Sequence record: NC_052657.1
Strand: one strand, 5' to 3'
Length of the DNA stretch: 64,000 nucleotides
Source of the DNA: Escherichia phage muut
The position numbers were made by a program, and so were the translations under genes. Numbering within the stretch: position 1 is the stretch's first letter; every line of letters begins with the position of its first letter. A model generated the notes under the pieces. The model worked only from the letters and a program-made list of their open reading frames with translations, was not told the DNA's origin and ran no database searches. Below, one piece after another: positions 8,648 to 17,257 of the stretch.

Positions 8648-8923
8648 TTAAGTATTGTAAATGTCGTGAATAGTGATAAAGTTTTTACGACCGTAAACAT
8701 GTAAATCAGTATCAATGTAGTGCTTATCAAGTACATCCTCGACGCTTAACGCGGTGTCGTGAATATCTTCGTAGAATTGAGGATCTACAATCTTACTTAA
8801 ATCATCCGGCGTTAACTTATCATTAAGCCATTGAACCGCCTGGATATCTGCTTCACGTTTCCAGTCTTCCAGGTTAGTAGTCAGTACTTGTTCGATTTCG
8901 TTAGCTGTCAGTAGAATCCGCAT
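8648..8923 (-). CDS. Hypothetical early protein (91 aa)
   Basis: ORF preceded by a consensus promoter. Confidence 0.55.
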   Translation of the reverse strand: MRILLTANEIEQVLTTNLEDWKREADIQAVQWLNDKLTPDDLSKIVDPQFYEDIHDTALSVEDVLDKHYIDTDLHVYGRKNFITIHDIYNT

Positions 8924-8956
8924 TTTAATGTTTCCTTATCAGTGGTTGATGTAAGT

Positions 8957-8984
8957 ATTATACTCGTTTACTTTCTATTGTCAA
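8957..8984 (-). promoter_or_regulatory. Consensus sigma70-type promoter (TTGACA-N16-TATAAT)
   Basis: Minus-strand TTGACAatagaaagtaaacgagTATAAT read directly. Confidence 0.6.
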
Positions 8985-9106
8985 ACTATTTTATCAGGGG
9001 GAGTTTTTCGTGTGCCTTACTCCTGGGCTACTTAACGGGGTGTTACTTCGTTCCCCCGTCCTGATATGAAACATTTTACGCTTTTTATTCGTGCTGTCAA
9101 TGCTTT

Positions 9107-9472
9107 TTATAAATCTTTTTTACGTTTAACATCGCTTGCATGGCTGTATACAGCGATCCCATTGTCACGGCAAAAACGGGAAAGATACGCGCCGCGTGAA
9201 AACTCTTTACCTTCCAGGTTGATAACCTTGCTAAACTCTTCTAGGGCAACGGTATCAAAATGATCCCCGTATCCATATTGGAACGGCACGTTTACCACTT
9301 CGATCAGTTTACCGCCGATCTCAACGTCAACCATCAAAGAGAAATAAGTATTACCATAAGACTTTTGAAACCAGCGACGGGCGCTAATATGCACCGCTTC
9401 AATGCTGGATAGTTCAATTTTAGCCGTGTTAGCCAGGGTAGCATAAGCGGAAACATTAATATTTTTAGCCAT
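9107..9472 (-). CDS. Hypothetical protein (121 aa)
   Basis: ORF. Confidence 0.5.
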   Translation of the reverse strand: MAKNINVSAYATLANTAKIELSSIEAVHISARRWFQKSYGNTYFSLMVDVEIGGKLIEVVNVPFQYGYGDHFDTVALEEFSKVINLEGKEFSRGAYLSRFCRDNGIAVYSHASDVKRKKDL

Positions 9473-9618
9473 GATTTTATTCCTTAGTAACGCTTCAATT
9501 TATATAAGCATTATAGCTTACTGATTTCAGTTGTCAAGTGATTTTTTATTTCACCTTTGAGGGGGTTGCCCCGCTCTATGTGGTACATATTACGGGGCTT
9601 GTTTGCATATGTCAAGCC

Positions 9619-10173
9619 TTACACAATGCAATTTTCATAATTTTTTAAGGCTTGTATTTTTTCCTCTTCTGTCGGCCTATATGGCTGGATCTCTTCCTCT
9701 TCCAGGGTGGGCATGATTTCTTCCTCTTCCTCCTGGTCGTCCTGGTCTTCCTCTTGCGCTATGGTAACAAGTTTATTGATCTTCTCCTGGGCTTTAATCA
9801 ATTTTGCATCTAGCACCATTTTAGCGGTGTTGTATACAGTCCATGCCATGCGCTTTTCTTCGTATGCCTTATCTAGTGCGGCTAATTTAGCGGGATACTC
9901 TTCTAACACCTTAAAAGCCGGATCAATGCTATATAAGGGATTATTTTTAGCATCATCGCTTGGATCTGCGGCGCTTGCAATGTCAGCGTTACCATTTGCC
10001 AGCCAACCAGGGCGAACGGATCGCGCCTTTGTGTTGCCGTTGCTCTTTGCCGCTCGATTTCCTATCTGCTCCCCGCTATACCCTACCATGTGATCGATCA
10101 TTTCATCTGGTATTATGCGCGGATCATTAGCGTCATGCTTTACCCATGACTGGATCACATATTCACGCCCCAT
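9619..10173 (-). CDS. Hypothetical protein with acidic C-terminal tail (184 aa)
   Basis: ORF; C-terminus rich in Glu/Asp (EEDQDDQEEEEE). Confidence 0.55.
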   Translation of the reverse strand: MGREYVIQSWVKHDANDPRIIPDEMIDHMVGYSGEQIGNRAAKSNGNTKARSVRPGWLANGNADIASAADPSDDAKNNPLYSIDPAFKVLEEYPAKLAALDKAYEEKRMAWTVYNTAKMVLDAKLIKAQEKINKLVTIAQEEDQDDQEEEEEIMPTLEEEEIQPYRPTEEEKIQALKNYENCIV

Positions 10174-10435
10174 GTTCGTTCGCCTCTTCTGTTAGTAGTT
10201 TACATACCTTAAACATGCTTGCCGCATCTTTTGACGGTAGCCAGCCTATCCGATACACTCCAGGATCTGGATTAGTTATATCAGTTAGTTGCGCGTTGCG
10301 ATGATTAAAAATAGTGTAACCGCCGCCAGCACGGGGATAAACATTATCTTTAAACCTGATAGCGTATCTCGCCAGGTCGAACGTTGTAGCATGTTCAAAA
10401 GCGATCACATTATCAAAAACTTTTAGAAAAAACAA
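10163..10435 (-). CDS. Hypothetical protein (90 aa)
   Basis: ORF overlapping the start of 9619..10173 by 11 nt. Confidence 0.45.
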   Translation of the reverse strand: MFFLKVFDNVIAFEHATTFDLARYAIRFKDNVYPRAGGGYTIFNHRNAQLTDITNPDPGVYRIGWLPSKDAASMFKVCKLLTEEANEHGA

Positions 10436-10437
10436 GA

Positions 10438-10584
10438 TTATCCTCCCCAGCGTTTAAAGCCCGTTGCACGGTTGTTTTTTAGCTCTCGTTTTAGTCTCTT
10501 GCAACGGTTTACAAGTGCAAACCGTGCCGGAGTCGTAACAGTAGCGCCGTTTTTGGTGTGAATACTCATTACATATTGTTTCAT
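10438..10584 (-). CDS. Possible small basic protein (48 aa)
   Basis: Hand-translated ORF downstream of hairpin GCGGGAA-tag-TTCCCGC at 10604-10620. Below the track cutoff. Confidence 0.3.
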   Translation of the reverse strand: MKQYVMSIHTKNGATVTTPARFALVNRCKRLKRELKNNRATGFKRWGG

Positions 10585-10766
10585 AAAGTTTTATCCTATG
10601 TAAGCGGGAACTATTCCCGCTTTAAGATAGCTTATCAGGTTTTAGTGCAACGTCAACCGTTTTTTTAATCTTTTTTCATTTCTTTTTTGCTTGCTATCTA
10701 TAAAGGAAACGGCTATTATCTTTCTACCGCGCCAACCAGGGCGCACATCAAAGAAAGGGCGATACC

Positions 10767-11033
10767 ATGACAAATACCCCTTTACATCTCATGCACTCAT
10801 TGGGCTGGCAAGGCGGCACGGTGCACCAGGTAGCAAGCGCAACGGGCTTAAAGGTTGAAACCGTTCTCAACCTGGGCGATCATAAGGTGGAAGAAATAGA
10901 TCATTTTGATACGTTCGCAAATGGTTATCTATGGGCTTGCAGTGGCGGCGGGGAAAGCAAGATCCCGCCAGGGGCGCGGGGCGACATGTATTTTTGGTTA
11001 GGTGTCCTATCCTGGCAAGAAAACAAAAAATAA
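10767..11033 (+). CDS. Hypothetical protein (88 aa), the only plus-strand ORF in the early block
   Basis: ORF with ribosome-binding site AAAGAAAGGG. Confidence 0.35.
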   Translation: MTNTPLHLMHSLGWQGGTVHQVASATGLKVETVLNLGDHKVEEIDHFDTFANGYLWACSGGGESKIPPGARGDMYFWLGVLSWQENKK

Positions 11034-11035
11034 TC

Positions 11036-11064
11036 TTGACAAGCCCAGGGATCGGGCTTATACT
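11036..11064 (+). promoter_or_regulatory. Strong sigma70-type promoter (TTGACA-N17-TATACT) driving a non-coding region
   Basis: Read directly; the downstream ~100 nt carry GC-rich inverted repeats and no ORF. Confidence 0.45.
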
Positions 11065-11296
11065 GTTTTACATACAGAAGAGGAAGCGCCACCCCCACGG
11101 CGTAAAGGCGGGGCTAACATACCAGGGCACTACTGGTTGGAAGGTTGATCGCCGGTAGCTCGTCTAAAATAAATTTGTAAAGAAATGTAAAGATAAAAAT
11201 AATCGCTTGCTTTTGTTGTTGGTTATGCTATTCTTATTGTATGGCGAGGGGATACGGGAGCGCGAGACAAACACCACCCCTGCGCGTTATTCTCTA

Positions 11297-11408
11297 AATG
11301 AGAAAATTCTTATTTGGTAATGATTCTCATTCTCTTACTGAGAATGATTATCACTTACATAATTAAATGATAATGATTCTCATTTACAAATGAGAATGAT
11401 TATCATCC
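11297..11408. repeat. Cluster of five Fur-box-like palindromic motifs (AATGAT[TA]NTCAT)
   Basis: Read directly: taatgattctcattctc, gagaatgattatcacttac, gataatgattctcatttac, gagaatgattatcatccg and one degenerate copy. Confidence 0.5.
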
Positions 11409-11430
11409 GCACACCCATAAAAACACGAAA

Positions 11431-11628
11431 TTGAACTTTTCATTTTTGATTTTTCTACGGAAAAAGGCAAAAAAACTTTAAATAAACTGGGGAATTTTTA
11501 AAAAATTGAAGTTTTCATTTTCAAAATCTGGACAGAAATACATACAAAAACTTTAAATAATTTTGACCAAACTTGAACTTTTCATTTTCAAAATTTGTAG
11601 CCAAAAATCTGTAAAAACTTTAAATAAT
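11431..11628. repeat. Three direct repeats of about 56 bp (TTGAAsTTTTCATTTT...AAAAACTTTAAATAA)
   Basis: Units at about 11431-11486, 11506-11561 and 11573-11628, read directly; ORF-free and AT-rich. Confidence 0.55.
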
Positions 11629-11845
11629 TTTATCCTTTTTATAAAAATGATTTTACTGTTCTGTTATAAATAGTAGTTAAGAGATAATGTGTCTTTTAAA
11701 AGCCAGATAGCATAGTCCAACAAACAAATTAAATAATTTATTAACAGAGTACAGAATAATATTTACTCTGGATATATTATTCAGAGGGTGGATTTCCGTA
11801 CATGAAACCCACACCCCTTTTATAAAAATAAAAATTTTCAAAATA

Positions 11846-12397
11846 TCAGGAAATATCAGATTGTGTTTTTAGATAAACAGCAAGGTCTGTATGCCATTTT
11901 CCTAAAAGATTTTGTCCTTTCCAACAATCCTTGTTTTCAACATTACGATCCCACATCCCCATTTTGATACCATAAATAGAATCATAAGGGCTTGCCTCTA
12001 CGAACTCCTTATCTGCGTAAGCAATAAGTTTATTTTTGAGATCTTCATTTTGTGTGTATTTAAGATACAAACCACGTTCGACAATCTTCTCCCGTAAAGA
12101 AGTCCAGGTATCTTCATCATAATCCTTAACTAATCTACCTAGTCGCTTATAATATGCTTGTTCTTTTTCTCCTGTATATCTTAGATCTCCGGTTAAAATA
12201 GAAGATGCAATATTGTAATCATAAAACAAACATGCTTTTCTCCACATCATATATTGTTCCACACAAGTAAATTCAACATAACTTGTAATAGAATTATTAT
12301 ACTTGGGAGCTAAAGGTTCAATAAAAGATGATAGATACCAGTTGCTAAATTCATCTTTTGCCGAAAAGAAGAACACATACTTATCAGTAATCCGCAT
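11846..12397 (-). CDS. NADAR/YbiA-like (DUF1768) domain protein
   Basis: Motifs FFFSAKDEFSNWYLSSF, ASPYDSIYGIKMG and GQNLLGKWHTDL resemble the YbiA/NADAR family pattern (FF..SNF.., SP.D..WG.G, G.N.LG). Confidence 0.5.
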   Translation of the reverse strand: MRITDKYVFFFSAKDEFSNWYLSSFIEPLAPKYNNSITSYVEFTCVEQYMMWRKACLFYDYNIASSILTGDLRYTGEKEQAYYKRLGRLVKDYDEDTWTSLREKIVERGLYLKYTQNEDLKNKLIAYADKEFVEASPYDSIYGIKMGMWDRNVENKDCWKGQNLLGKWHTDLAVYLKTQSDIS

Positions 12398-13588
12398 TTA
12401 CACCTCCTTACTGTATACTAATTTGCCACCATATTGTGTAATAATTTTTTGAAGATTTTCCAAATCAGAAACACTTACTGTTTCTGTATAACCATCTTTC
12501 AACTCTCTTTTCGTTAAAATACCAGTTTTTAATTTTTTCTTTATAGCTCTTTCAGCAGCCTTACATTGTTTCACTGTGCTAAAATCATATAAACAAATAC
12601 GCTCCATAAAAAACAGATTACGGCTATTTTGAATGTTTAATCGCCTATCACTATCTTTAGCTATACCAAACTTAAGAGCAACTATAATATTATCATCCTT
12701 AACAATATTAATATATAACTGCTGCTGACTATGACCAGCACACATAGGACAACCTCGACAGCGGCTTAATAAATTATGAGCACTCCCTATCTGCTCACCA
12801 TGCACAAGACAAAGATATTTAAACTTACCTATAGAAGAGGGTTTGGTAATCCAATCTACCCAGACATACCCTTTCCCTTCTACTTCCTTTTTTACCCTAT
12901 AGGTGATCTGGTCTTCTGTATACTGATAGTTCCCACAACGACACGGAATGTACCCTCGTTTAAGGTTATTTCCTTCAGAGTAAAATTTACCATCACAAAC
13001 ACCTGCTTGAACATATTCATCATGAGAGCAAACAGGACATTCAACCATCCAGATACTATGCCTGCGTCCTTTACTCCGTGTTCCTGTGTTAGTGAAGATA
13101 GTGCCTTCCTTAAATTTCCCTGTAGAAAAGAAATCTGCAATATGTTGATCGTCGGGCATTGTTAGTGCCTTCCTTGTATTCTCCCCCCTACATTGTGGAC
13201 AACCTCGACCGCCTTTAAATTGATGAATTGCTGTACTTTGCCATCTATTCCCACAATGGCACAACAAATCAAGTTTTGTTTTATTCCCTTTCCATTCTCC
13301 AACGTACCCTAACACCTGATACCCCTTCTTCTGTGCTATCTCTTCCAAGATCGGCAATTCTGTTTCCCATGTTAACGGCTTCTTACCAGAACAGATAGGA
13401 CAACTGTTGCCGCGCTTGAAATTACTAATACTACAAGTCTTCCATTCATGTTCCTGCCTACAGCGTAGAATCATTTTCGTATCACAACCTATAAACGGTT
13501 CAACATATCCTAGGATCTCAATCCCTTTATTATTCGCAATAGGTTGACACTCTTCTTTATATTGTTCCCATGATTTTGGTGCTGCCAT
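12398..13588 (-). CDS. Zinc-ribbon repeat protein with C-terminal T5orf172 (GIY-YIG-like) domain
   Basis: Several CxxC...CxxC pairs (CPICSG, CPQCRG, CPVCSH, CRGCPMCAGH); C-terminal KFGIAKDSDRRLNIQ...DGYTETVSV matches the T5orf172 pattern (KIGxT..RR...). Confidence 0.6.
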   Translation of the reverse strand: MAAPKSWEQYKEECQPIANNKGIEILGYVEPFIGCDTKMILRCRQEHEWKTCSISNFKRGNSCPICSGKKPLTWETELPILEEIAQKKGYQVLGYVGEWKGNKTKLDLLCHCGNRWQSTAIHQFKGGRGCPQCRGENTRKALTMPDDQHIADFFSTGKFKEGTIFTNTGTRSKGRRHSIWMVECPVCSHDEYVQAGVCDGKFYSEGNNLKRGYIPCRCGNYQYTEDQITYRVKKEVEGKGYVWVDWITKPSSIGKFKYLCLVHGEQIGSAHNLLSRCRGCPMCAGHSQQQLYINIVKDDNIIVALKFGIAKDSDRRLNIQNSRNLFFMERICLYDFSTVKQCKAAERAIKKKLKTGILTKRELKDGYTETVSVSDLENLQKIITQYGGKLVYSKEV

Positions 13589-13662
13589 CTACTACTCCTC
13601 TTATTAAATCTGGCATTAATGCAAGAAAACCCGCCGAAGCGGGTTTTTATTTGCTGGCTTAC

Positions 13663-14790
13663 TTAAAACACACTTGCCAAAGTTGCACCATTGGTGATAG
13701 TTGGTTCCAGAACAATACGGAAAGAATCTTCTGGATCATCACTAAACACAACGATTTTACCGCCTGTAATAAGATCTGCTTTCATTTTTGTCGCATTCAA
13801 TGGAATTCGAGCATCGCCTTCATCATCAAAAACCACGTAAGAGCTATTAGCAAGGGCTTCTTTAGAATCTGCATCACTTGGAGATGACAAGTACACGTCC
13901 AGTGTGCACGAACCACCTAAAAAGATTGCAGGTGTGAAGTTATGCCAACTAGATACCCAGCTAACTTTCTGAAGTTTCCCATTAATAACAACACTGCTGA
14001 TATCCCATTTATTACCACCACCTAAAGAAACACCCATCATAGAGATGCATTCTTTAAAGGATAAATCAGGGTAGAAATTAAGTTCTTCTACTATACCTTG
14101 GATCACATCAAAGGACAACTCTAAACTTACATCCCAAAGTCTTTGGAAATTATCAAAGTGTGCTTTGTTATCCAGGTTTTTATCTAAATAGTCCATCATA
14201 GTTTCTAGTGAGATTTTATCATAATTAAAATTATAAAACACACGACTAGGACGATTTAAAAAGAATTCAGAGATAAAGCCACTGTTTTTAGTCAGAATAA
14301 ACAGTTTATTACCACTGCCAGTACCATCTAACAAAGTGAGAAGTGCTTCTTGATCTTGTTTCTTCTCATATACTTTATCAAATTCATCAAAAATAATCAC
14401 TGCTTTGTCTGTGATCTTGCTAATAAGTTCAATGAAATTAGCATCACTGTAGGCTTGAGTAACCATAATAGTTGGAATACCTTCTTCTACAAGGTCACGA
14501 CTAATGAGTTTGGCTAACATAGTTTTACCACTGCCCTTAGTGCCTGTCAGGAGCAAACCTGTATTTTTACCTTGTGCACTCCGGCGATGGAATGTACGAA
14601 TAACGTGATTTGCTCGTTTTTCTGTTTCACCATACAGAACATCCGGTACACCTGTTAGATTACCACGGCTTAAAAAGTAATTGCCAAGGGGATCACGACT
14701 AACAGTATAGAATCCAGGTGGAAGATAGTTAGATTCCACGCCCATATCTTTATTTACACTTACAATATCACCATAAATCGTGTATTTCAT
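13663..14790 (-). CDS. AAA+ ATPase, paralog A
   Basis: Walker A GTKGSGKT, Walker B IIFDEFDK, sensor LTKN, NRPSR; about 45% identical in the ATPase core to 30498..31658. Confidence 0.65.
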   Translation of the reverse strand: MKYTIYGDIVSVNKDMGVESNYLPPGFYTVSRDPLGNYFLSRGNLTGVPDVLYGETEKRANHVIRTFHRRSAQGKNTGLLLTGTKGSGKTMLAKLISRDLVEEGIPTIMVTQAYSDANFIELISKITDKAVIIFDEFDKVYEKKQDQEALLTLLDGTGSGNKLFILTKNSGFISEFFLNRPSRVFYNFNYDKISLETMMDYLDKNLDNKAHFDNFQRLWDVSLELSFDVIQGIVEELNFYPDLSFKECISMMGVSLGGGNKWDISSVVINGKLQKVSWVSSWHNFTPAIFLGGSCTLDVYLSSPSDADSKEALANSSYVVFDDEGDARIPLNATKMKADLITGGKIVVFSDDPEDSFRIVLEPTITNGATLASVF

Positions 14791-14801
14791 TTTAACCCCT
14801 T

Positions 14802-15239
14802 TTATTTTTGTTGAGATGAACGAATTAAATCAGCAGCAAATTCAATCAGATACACTTTTGGTGCAATAATGATTTTTAGCCAATCAAAATTCGAAAAGAA
14901 AATAACAAATCCTAAAAAGAAAAAGAAAGCACAGACAACAAGACCAACAATAGGTAAAGCAGATACTTCACCATAGCGATCTCGTGACCACAGGCATTCT
15001 TTATCTTTAATTGCTTTTACGAGGTTCCGTACAGCAATAAAAGTAATAAACATAAAGCAAATACTAAAAAGTTGCCATAAACCTGCGGATACTGCTTTCC
15101 ACACTAATAATTGATGAATTACTTCTGGAATTTGTTGTTTTCCAAACTCTACAACATCACTCATTGTTTGAATAGTGACGTTAACCATGTTCAGAAGTAC
15201 ATCAGTTGCTTTATCTGCGATTGCGTTTGTTTTACTCAT
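14802..15239 (-). CDS. Hypothetical membrane protein (about 2 TM segments)
   Basis: Hydrophobic stretches LWQLFSICFMFITFIAV and IVGLVVCAFFFFLGFVIFF. Confidence 0.5.
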   Translation of the reverse strand: MSKTNAIADKATDVLLNMVNVTIQTMSDVVEFGKQQIPEVIHQLLVWKAVSAGLWQLFSICFMFITFIAVRNLVKAIKDKECLWSRDRYGEVSALPIVGLVVCAFFFFLGFVIFFSNFDWLKIIIAPKVYLIEFAADLIRSSQQK

Positions 15240-15253
15240 TCTTTATTCCTCAC

Positions 15254-15427
15254 TTACCTTTTAAGGAAACCAATCATAATGAAGAACCACATCCAGGCAG
15301 GAGAGATAATAAAGCCAAAGAAACCGCAAATAACCGCTTTCTTAATCTCTTCCAGACAACCCACCAGGAAAAGAACGAGTGAGACTACAATCCAGATAGC
15401 CATAAATACTGTAACAAAGAAACTCAT
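15254..15427 (-). CDS. Possible small membrane protein (57 aa)
   Basis: Hand-translated MSFFVTVFMAIWIVVSLVLFLVGCLEE...; ribosome-binding site GGGAGAAAGG. Below the track cutoff. Confidence 0.35.
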   Translation of the reverse strand: MSFFVTVFMAIWIVVSLVLFLVGCLEEIKKAVICGFFGFIISPAWMWFFIMIGFLKR

Positions 15428-15447
15428 ACCTTTCTCCCATCTGTATT

Positions 15448-15699
15448 TTAAAATTCAACCACTACTTTATCGAGATGCTCTGCTTCAACTTGATCTAAGG
15501 TTAACACCTCAACTAAACCTTTGTCAATACCTAATTTAATAACATCAACATATTGTCCAAACAGATCCTGAATAGATATCTTGTGTTCGACAACAACCAC
15601 CACTTCATTTCCTTTTGTGAATTCTCTCCATACACGTCCACATTTGAAAATAAAGTCTGCTTCGTCTTCTGTTATCATTTTAGGTTTGATACTTAACAT
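15448..15699 (-). CDS. Hypothetical protein (83 aa)
   Basis: ORF; stop overlaps the start of the downstream gene. Confidence 0.45.
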   Translation of the reverse strand: MLSIKPKMITEDEADFIFKCGRVWREFTKGNEVVVVVEHKISIQDLFGQYVDVIKLGIDKGLVEVLTLDQVEAEHLDKVVVEF

Positions 15700-16250
15700 T
15701 ATAAAACTCCGTACTCCGGCTCAAAATCATATTTTTCACAAATCATATCCCAGCGTTCGTTGCCGAAGCTGCGACCACAAATTGCATCGTAAGCGTAATG
15801 CTCTGCTAACCATTTTACAACAGTGTCTACATCGTTATCAAGTGGTAATCTGAATTCTTTGCCATATCGCATACGAAGAACAAATTCATCCCCTTCTTCA
15901 AACAAGTGCATATGGCTTTTTGCATAAGAAGCCAGGTTGAAAAAAGATACCTCTTCCCAGCATTCTTTTTCCACTGCAATCCCGTGATCAACAACTAAAG
16001 CACCGATAACGCGATACATAATAGGGCTAAACAGTGCGCTTGGGCTAGGCTGCTCTTCAACTATAGACCAACCTGTTCCCTGCCAAATTTCATTTTTGAA
16101 CCATTGTTGCATGTCATTCCCTTTTTCATCTACAATGGATCGGTTACGCATTTCAAACCATTCTCCTTCGCAAAAGTATTTATGTTTAACGCGCTTGCCT
16201 TTTAACATTGCTTCTTTGGCTTCTATCCAAGTCAGATCGGTGTTTTGCAT
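15699..16250 (-). CDS. Hypothetical protein (start trimmed to Met with GAGGAGA ribosome-binding site)
   Basis: N-terminus MQNTDLTWIEAKEAMLKGKRVKH resembles a common small phage domain (DUF2829-like F.EAl.al..GkkvrR); family assignment by recollection only. Confidence 0.5.
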   Translation of the reverse strand: MQNTDLTWIEAKEAMLKGKRVKHKYFCEGEWFEMRNRSIVDEKGNDMQQWFKNEIWQGTGWSIVEEQPSPSALFSPIMYRVIGALVVDHGIAVEKECWEEVSFFNLASYAKSHMHLFEEGDEFVLRMRYGKEFRLPLDNDVDTVVKWLAEHYAYDAICGRSFGNERWDMICEKYDFEPEYGVL

Positions 16251-16369
16251 TCGTTTATCTCCTCTCATTTGTGTATGCATTAAGATTAGCACAATAAAAC
16301 AGTATGTCAATACTTGATCTGAAATTAATTTCTGGTACTCTGTGTGTATCGTAACAAAAGAGGTTAGAT

Positions 16370-16660
16370 ATGAACATCACACTAGCAACTAAGAATATTA
16401 CAGAAACTTTTGATGGTTTTGGCATTATTATTGCTGTTCATGGGCATAACGAAAAATGGTTAGCCTCTTTTGAAGAGGACAAAGAACGCAATGTACGTTT
16501 GAATGCACCAATCAAAGTTTTACACCAGGTAGGTGAGAATAAGAAACAATGGAGATCATACAAAGAGTGGAACATTACGAACGAGTTAATACACAAACTT
16601 GACAAAGTGATAAACATGTTCGACAATGCACCAAGCAGTGCAAAACGTGTTTTACTATAA
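16370..16660 (+). CDS. Hypothetical protein (96 aa); first gene of the plus-strand block
   Basis: ORF with ribosome-binding site AAGAGG; divergent from the minus-strand cassette. Confidence 0.5.
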   Translation: MNITLATKNITETFDGFGIIIAVHGHNEKWLASFEEDKERNVRLNAPIKVLHQVGENKKQWRSYKEWNITNELIHKLDKVINMFDNAPSSAKRVLL

Positions 16661-16671
16661 AGGAGAGTGAT

Positions 16672-17025
16672 ATGAAAATTGTACACGATGAAATTCAATT
16701 TGAAGAGAGTGATCTTCTTGATCTAGATGTGACACTAAGTAAACTGATCTACAATGCACTTTCTGCATATCGTGCAAAAGTGATAGCCACAAACAATGTT
16801 AAAATTCCTAGTGGGTTACTTCGTCGGATGTACCCACACACTAAAGGTGACTATCTACCTTATATGGAAGAACGAGCAGCAGAACACTGGTTAGAAATTC
16901 TTGAAAAAATGGAGTCTTCTTTTAAGGACTCAACTCCACCAGAAGAAGTTAATGAAAAACAGCGGCAAGATCGTTTAGAAGGTCGTATTTTGTTTGCTAA
17001 GTATTTCCATAATCTGTGGATGTAA
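16672..17025 (+). CDS. Hypothetical protein (117 aa)
   Basis: ORF with ribosome-binding site AAGGAGAG. Confidence 0.55.
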   Translation: MKIVHDEIQFEESDLLDLDVTLSKLIYNALSAYRAKVIATNNVKIPSGLLRRMYPHTKGDYLPYMEERAAEHWLEILEKMESSFKDSTPPEEVNEKQRQDRLEGRILFAKYFHNLWM

Positions 17026-17038
17026 TAAGGAGAAAACT

Positions 17039-17206
17039 ATGAGCGAAACCAAGAAACCAATTCCGCGCACTTACCTACACGTTGACCCTGAAATCTTCAA
17101 GGTTTTATTTGCTGAAGCCAAGAAAAGGCAAATTATGGTCAGTGATTTGATGTTAGAAATCATTACTGAAGCAGCAGAGAACATCAAACAAAAAAAGGGT
17201 AAGTGA
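17039..17206 (+). CDS. Hypothetical small protein (55 aa)
   Basis: ATG preceded by TAAGGAGAAAA; the track ORF begins at an upstream TTG. Confidence 0.45.
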   Translation: MSETKKPIPRTYLHVDPEIFKVLFAEAKKRQIMVSDLMLEIITEAAENIKQKKGK

Positions 17207-17257
17207 TCCTCATTCACTTTAGTAGCGCATTAAGCGTGATTTATAAGGAGATTTTTA

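Noticed and set aside
9707-10093. 128-aa Ser-rich plus-strand ORF
   Set aside because: Antisense shadow of 9619..10173; low-complexity composition from the opposite-strand acidic codons.
11431-11628. Possible CRISPR array
   Set aside because: The repeats are AT-rich, about 56 bp and nearly contiguous, without unique spacers of regular length; not CRISPR-like.
12776-13165. Plus- and minus-strand ORFs inside the zinc-ribbon/T5orf172 gene
   Set aside because: Embedded in the long 12398..13588 reading frame; no independent signals.
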